NCBI GenBank assembly: GCA_002633005.1
Contig: NMRA01000215.1
Location: forward strand, 536,852-600,851
Source of the DNA: Phoronis australis
Taxonomy: Eukaryota; Animalia; Phoronida
Length of the DNA: 64,000 nt
Direction of reading: 5' to 3'
Below the pieces are notes generated by a model. That model was given only the letters and a program-made list of their open reading frames with translations, made no database searches and was not told the origin of the DNA. This document shows, one piece after another, positions 57,301 through 64,000 of the stretch (its first letter is position 1; the number at the start of each line of letters is the position of its first letter). A program made the position numbers and the translations under genes.

Positions 57301-60300
57301 ACATTATTAGGGGGAAATGGCCAAATTTTGATGTCCATTTGTCGAGCACGATGATCCTGAGCACGTGAGATTTTACTTTTAACCATTCAATTAGAAAGAC
57401 CAAGAGTGAATAATTACGCACTTTATTTTATAGTAAACAATGCGATATAAGTTAGAGCTCGCTGTGCAATCACTCTTCTTCAACCAGCATAACCCAATAT
57501 TTATCGAAAATAGATGGCGCTAGGTGATTTAGATTCATGTACTCTGGCAGATGAGGTCAAAAAAACCACAGTTGGTTCTGATCTCTACACCAACTCATTT
57601 CAACAAGACTGCGCTCACCAACTAAAATAGGAAAAAAGCTCCCGCCCTCGTCAATTTCAGCACAGGTCCGGTGTTTTCTTTGAAAAGCAATACGAAGACA
57701 CGTAAGCAAAACAACCCAGCCTCATTTTTGCTCGTCTCAGGTAAATTGTTTTGAAATATTGAACAACTAAAAACAGAGACCAGGCGTGCATACCGTAGAG
57801 GCGAGAATCTCACAAAAACGCAAGAATACAGAAGACTTCGTCATCTATTACAAGAGAGGCTTGTGTTCACACGCTTCCATAGTGAGGATCTTGGGTATAT
57901 GCGAAACCCTACCAAGAACCAACTATGATTTTTTGGCGTAACCTACATGTACTTCTACTGTGATACCAGCGAGATTCATGGAGTTTATAGTTAGACAATA
58001 GATGTCCTCACTATCGACATCGAGGTACATGTACATGTACAGCTCTGCTATTTCGTGTTAACCAAAAATAGTAGTGGTCAACAACCGTGACTACTTACAT
58101 TTATTTAGAAAAATGTAGTTACAGATAAAATTTACATCTTCAAATAATGAAAAGGAGCAAATATACGATGGAAAATCGAAACCAAAATCGATTATCGGTA
58201 GTACGTGTACGCTATATTGAAATCATTTTAATATTTACTGCTATCTACATGCATTAGAGACAATTTCTCGTCTTGGAAAGGACTGGCGTACGATTGTTAA
58301 AATCTATATTAAAAGCAAGACTGAGAAGTTTTCGTTTCATGCGCTGAAGCAGAATATGACAATATGGACTGAGACAGTTATAGTCTGTTTCTTTGACCCA
58401 ACCGAACACCAGTCGAAGATACCAAAGGTGCCAACATTAAAAAACTAGAAAGCGGGACATCTAATTCTATACAGCATGGAACAAATACCCGCCGCAAGAC
58501 CCATAAACATTCTGACGGCGAGTGCTATATTAGGTACTATCTGTGTACATGTGTCTAGAGGTGTGACACACGCAGCTCAAGCGCACACATTAGGTTAGAA
58601 ATTACGACACGATCCGCTATCTATATTTCTTTTATTGGTACGATATGTTAACAGTATTTCTACCGACTACTTTTTAATGTGTGTGAATGGATATAAAAAA
58701 CGTACGACAGTTTCGTAACTGGGTTATTCGCTTAAGTACGTTACAGGCCAATTTAAGTTCATGGCTTCATGCACAAAGCCATGGCGTATCTTGACGAAGT
58801 ACCGCGGGCCGGGGCACGCCGATGTTCTCAAAACAGGAAGCCAATTCAATTATTTAAGATGTATGTTCTTGAACAAATTTCCCTTGGAGTGAGAAAAAAA
58901 AAGATTTTGCTATCGTTATTTTACCCTTACGTTCGTCAACAGTAGACATGTAACGATACCTGAGCACATACCGGCCTACAAGCCTTACAGACGTACTCTC
59001 GGCGTAAGCTTTCAGTCGCCGAGCCAATCAAAGACTCATTCCCACTATGTCATAAATGTGTTACCTGTTCTGATAGGCATGTGCGTCTATGCGAACAGGG
59101 TACAAAACAACGCTCCTGCAACATTCAATCATTTTTATAATGTCATTGCGTGTTGGTGAACGCCACATTGGGAAGTAAAAATACCTCTTAAAATGACTCC
59201 CTGTCTCTCCGTCTAACTGATGTCCTTGAAATCGTCCTCAACCAAAACGAATCACATCGTTTGTTTTTGTTTTAAGACGGATTTGCGTCAAGTTTCTACG
59301 CGAGTAACCCGACACCTATTGTTCATTATACAAACAGCGTTGGATTATAAAGGCGATAGTGTGTACACATAGGTTTGTAAACTGTGAGTTTAATTTCTAA
59401 TAGCATTAATTAGCATATAGTGCTTCTCGACCACCGACGATGTTAGGACGGATTTCGGTTGTTAATGGAGCCCAGATCGCCAGTTGTCATGGTTACACGA
59501 AGGCTTATCCTATATTATCGCTCCTGTTTTCCGTCAGGGATGTGTGCTAGACTAAATGTCGCTGATCTGACTTAAATGGTTCTCGCAAAAAGTCAAATAT
59601 TATATTATTCGCTCCACAGATTCTTGTCACGATGGGAAATGTAGATTTCCTTGTTTATAACGCCATGCTTGTCGGCTTCGAGTCAGTATGAACCGCTGCA
59701 TTTAGCGATAATCATAATGACACAATGCTGTAGTCGTTTATTGAAATTTAAAGCGCCATATCAGATTCACATATGTTTAAATTTGTTACAGCATTTTTGA
59801 TTTTGTGAGAACATAACTTTTTTCGTTTTGTTTTAGCTAGCTTATGTTTGAGCAAAATGGCTTTCGCACTATCGTTCCATTGAAATCCATGGGAAAACAG
59901 GTGTTTGTCTGCGTTTTATGTTTATTTTTGCTCTACATTGAACAATTGTTTGTTAACTATTATGCTGACAATACCACTTGAAAAAAATTTCACATATTTT
60001 TTTGGCCGAATGAGTGTTACCGGAACGCGAACATACGGAAATCACATCTAAGAATTTCTGTGTGAATCTCAAAAAGTTGAATTATTTTTTTCTAAAAGAT
60101 TAACCGCACCATAAACAACTTCTCAAAACACTTAGGGTACACGCTTAACATCATTTTTGTTGTTCGTGCAACCAACGGAATGTCTAACCGAGTGATTAAG
60201 GGTAATTAGAGGTTGTGGCCAATGAGAGCTTACAACCGCTTGGTTAGACATGTGTGTTTAAAGTACATTAAAATAAATACATTTTAAGAGGTAACGTGAA

Positions 60301-62169
60301 AAATTTGTACCAATAAATATTATTTAAAAGACAATACTCTGACCTCACATGCATCATATCATTATGAAAAGCCGGTGGTTCAGTGAAAAACATAATTGTT
60401 CCTACATGCGCAGTCTATGGCAACCACTTTCTGAGGAAGATCTGTGCTCTCGGTAGAAAAAATACGGAAAATATTTTTGTATCAAAAATAGAATTGCCAA
60501 AAATCTCTAGCTGTTATCAAATCTTCACAGTTGCCGGATTCATAAAATCATCGAATGCCAAAAAATCCACAGTCAACGGAGATGTCGCTTCGTTATTCTT
60601 ATGCGGCATACATCAACATGGGGTGTATGAAAAGGTGGATTTTTGTCGCACAGGTCTTGGCGCCATGGTGCTAACATGTTACTGTACAGCATGGATTTGC
60701 CTGAGGCCTGCAAGACCCTGTGCTGGTTCTCCACTCGTGTGGATATATGCCATATGCAACAAGGTGACAATTTTGTCCCATTTTCCTGCTAAAGTTGGCG
60801 ATCCGCGACAAGTTGTCTATTAAAAACATTATACATCACACATCGAAAAATAACGCTTAGGTTATGAGTAACGTTAACAATCAGTTAGTCTACAGTCAGC
60901 CAAGTAATTAAAAATACAACGCAGCAATTACCCAAGTAAAAATGAAAACGTGTGTGCTTCCTACTCCTCTGCCACCATGGATTGACTCACGTGACCATGT
61001 GTTTTAGCAAAAAAGGTTCGTCCACAGCAAAATAGATGTATCAAAAACATGACAAAATTTCTCATACAATAAACATTTGAGATGAAATCTCAAAAAATCT
61101 TACCCAGTTTTCCTAATTATCTTTTCGTTCGTTTTTGTTTATGAAAATTTGCCTTTTGATCTGACCTTTGATAGCTCCTCATGCAAAGTTAAAACGTGTT
61201 TAATGAAAAATACGTTTTTGAGAATACAGGCCATAGGAAGCGGGGGGGGGGGCGAGCACGCCCCCCAAAAAATTTTCAGGCGTCAGGATTAAACCGTGGC
61301 AACCGACATAGGCGTGGGACTGGGGAAAGTCGAGAAAAGAAATATTGCGAAATATGGATAAGAGAGAAAATCCAAGAGAACATTAAACAACTCTGCATCA
61401 GTGCATGGTTTACCTAATATGAGGACCCTGACCAGGACATTGTCGTTAGGGTCTTCGCTTTTGCAACACAGGTCTTCTAAACGCACTTGAAAACTTGTGC
61501 ACGAAATCAATCATACATATATTTCGAAAAATCGAGAAAATTTGTAAAGCGAAGCTTTTGCGGAGCGTAATAATTTAATGGATTTTTAAATTCAATAAGT
61601 CAATTTTGCGGATGCAAAATTATATTTTTCCAGATGCCTTTCTCTGGTAAGGGATAACGGAGACAACTTTTGCTTTATTTTTCTCTCGAAACTGCATATT
61701 ACTTGAGAAAAAATGATGACCTTACGGATAACATCAATTGCTGCGCATTTCCTGATAACTGAAAATATAGATATTTTAAGGGGCCCCGTCCTGGAAGGAG
61801 GCTATTGATGACATTCAAGTGGCCACCCTTTTTGTGTTTTTATTGACAAATTCTTAAGGTGGCGCTCACGAAGAAAGGGCCCAATGTTGGAATCGTTTAT
61901 CTCTATTTTCCTGTTTTTTGTGAAATCGTGCAACCCGCTTTCATGTTGAAGGAGGTCACTCCCTGTATCATTTTGTGATCGCACGACGGTGGAATGCACT
62001 GTCACCCTTTTTTTTAAAGATGTTTAGCCTTTCATATTAAGGTGTCCCATTCCGGACGGTACCCTCTCTCGATGGAGCAGTTCGGGGGAAATGTCCCTTT
62101 GTCCATCTATACATGTAAATCCGACACTGCCAAGTATTCACGAGGGAAGTTGAGATTCTAAATTCATCA

Positions 62170-62172
<3 letters not shown>

Positions 62173-62211
<39 letters not shown>
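62173..62211. repeat. (CA)n microsatellite
   Basis: Perfect CA run. Confidence 0.97.
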
Positions 62212-62214
<3 letters not shown>

Positions 62215-63527
62215 CATTCGTGCACAGCTCAGCCATTCCACCCAAACAACCAAAAATGTGAAAAAAATACAGTAGGATTGGTGGAATTTTGAAGAATAGT
62301 ATCTCTTATAAAGATGGTGACTATGAGTTTTTTGTAAGGAATTCCCACACGTGGAAATCACTGCTGTCTAGACTACTATTTGTGATGACCGTGTACATGT
62401 CAAAATGGGGTACTCAAAGAACTTTCGCAATCATAAACAAAGATTTCAGCGTCTTTTTGTCAATGGAATTTAAGTTTACCTCTTGAACCGTTATAGGTAC
62501 CTCTGAAATGAGCAAAGATACAGCTAATACGAATGCCCCGTCTCCCCCGGTTACCCGTCAAAAGTCTGCAAGCATATATAAATTGCTTATAACATTCCGT
62601 TTTGATAAACAAATTCGTTGGTTTCTGATTTAATTATTTATGTATCTACGAAAATCGATAGATTCATACAATTAGATGATTTTTGACAATTTGAAGCTAA
62701 TCTTGTAAGCATTGATGATGTTTCAGTGAATTTAATTACAGCCTTAAGTTGGAAAAACTCTATAATCCCAAATAGTAAATTACACTTTTAGACGATTTTT
62801 GCATATCTAAAACAACTCTCAAAGACATTGATGTAATTCGGACTCACCAACCGTAGATAGAAAAAAAGTTTTATAAATCCTTAAATAAATAAAATTAAAC
62901 TCATTGCTTGGAAAGGTTGTCTTTGCACTTCCTTGGTTATTTAGTTTTCAGTAGTATTGAGCAATGAATTTTTGTTCATCAATTCTGAATTGATTGCTTA
63001 TCCTGATTTGCGTGCATGTGCGTCATGGCTAACGTACCCACGTTAAAAATAATATGCAACCGCGCAGTACGCCCGGCGCGGAGAATCTCAGTGATCCACG
63101 GGAACTGAATTGGAACTTCAGGCGCTCAGGAAGTGTGCACATCTTTGGGACACACTATCCCTTATCCCCAGCCACCAGAAACTGGACTACCGGTCGTGTT
63201 TCAACTAGGCATTTTGATAAAATAAAGTTTTCCCGAAACTGGATCACAATAAAACTGACGAATCTTGACCAAGCGGGCGCAGACGACTGGTACGAGCTGC
63301 CTGTCTCAAGTGAATCACAGCTGAGCTGACCAGCAACTGGCTTTAGTTCATCGGGAATTTCGTATTTTCACACTGTTACTGTACATGTAGATCTCTACAG
63401 CTACATGTATTGTTATTTGAGGCAGCTCCTCGCTACCGGTCCGTGTACTGGTCTTAGGCCAATTCTTACTCTCCGTGTTGGTTCACGGTTACTCAACTCT
63501 TGATGGCTTCATCCCCGCGGGATCGTC

Positions 63528-63690
63528 CCAGGGACGGATTCAGGATTTTGAGTTGGTGGGGGGGGGGGNTCGGGAGCACGGGGGCGAGGGGAGGGAGGGG
63601 GTGGCAGAGGTGGTGGCGATGGGGGGGAGGGGTTGGCGAAGTCGAAATAGTTGGTGCCCCCTAATAATTTTTGCCTTCCTACGGGCTTAT
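63528..63690. mobile_element. G-rich MITE-like element starting CAGGGACGGATTCAGG
   Basis: The start resembles the GGCGGATCCAG MITE ends; multiple G-runs; contains an N. Confidence 0.45.
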
Positions 63691-64000
63691 TCAATAGTGT
63701 ATAATTGAGTTGTTTCTTCCTAATTCTACGTCACATTCAGACAGTGTATTTAGGAGACAGACTTTTTTACTGAAGGAAAAATGCATTTCCCGTTCACTTT
63801 ATGTTTATTCATATTGCTGTATTTCTGTGATATCTCGAAATCTTGTAGCGAAATGATCATACATGTAAATAAAATAGCGCTTCTTGTTCTGAATGCAGTA
63901 TCATGGTCATCAACATGTAGTATGCAGTGTATCCGAAAACAACATAGCACAGATTATTTTTCTTTGGTTTTATTTAGTCACGTCCAGATTGCGACGAAAG

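Noticed and set aside
60383-60823. 146-aa ORF
   Set aside because: Non-ATG start, no recognisable domain, and it lies in repeat-like intergenic sequence.
61776-62060. Three TTAAGG-starting Kolobok-like termini
   Set aside because: No matching opposite ends found in the window.
63555-63636. G-quadruplex regulatory element
   Set aside because: The G-runs lie in a MITE-like repeat containing an assembly N, far from any defined promoter.

Overview
Eukaryotic, AT-rich genomic DNA with spliceosomal GT-AG introns, most likely from a bilaterian invertebrate (species not determinable by eye). Three intron-containing genes were reconstructed exon by exon with consistent phases: mitochondrial GrpE (- strand, 3 coding exons, 228 aa), delta-1-pyrroline-5-carboxylate synthase ALDH18A1/P5CS (+ strand, 14 coding exons, 769 aa, head-to-head with GrpE) and an NK1/slouch homeobox gene (- strand, 3 exons, 284 aa). 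The non-coding DNA is rich in mobile elements. These include a very young, non-coding Penelope-type insertion (perfect 148-bp inverted arms, each with a minimal hammerhead ribozyme motif, plus a tail and a 12-bp TSD), a GIY-YIG Penelope relic split by nested MITEs, several foldback MITEs, a SINE-like relic and a ~145-bp-period degenerate array with CTCF-like boxes between P5CS and NK1. Other points of interest are intronic pseudo-copies of P5CS exons, a candidate 6-nt exon-sliding donor at the site of the mammalian P5CS long/short switch, an ATF4 AARE-like motif, and linkage of GrpE, P5CS and NK1, whose human homologues lie in the NK-cluster paralogons. All coordinates were read manually and no database searches were run. 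I found no clear evidence of a wholly new system; the findings are leads.
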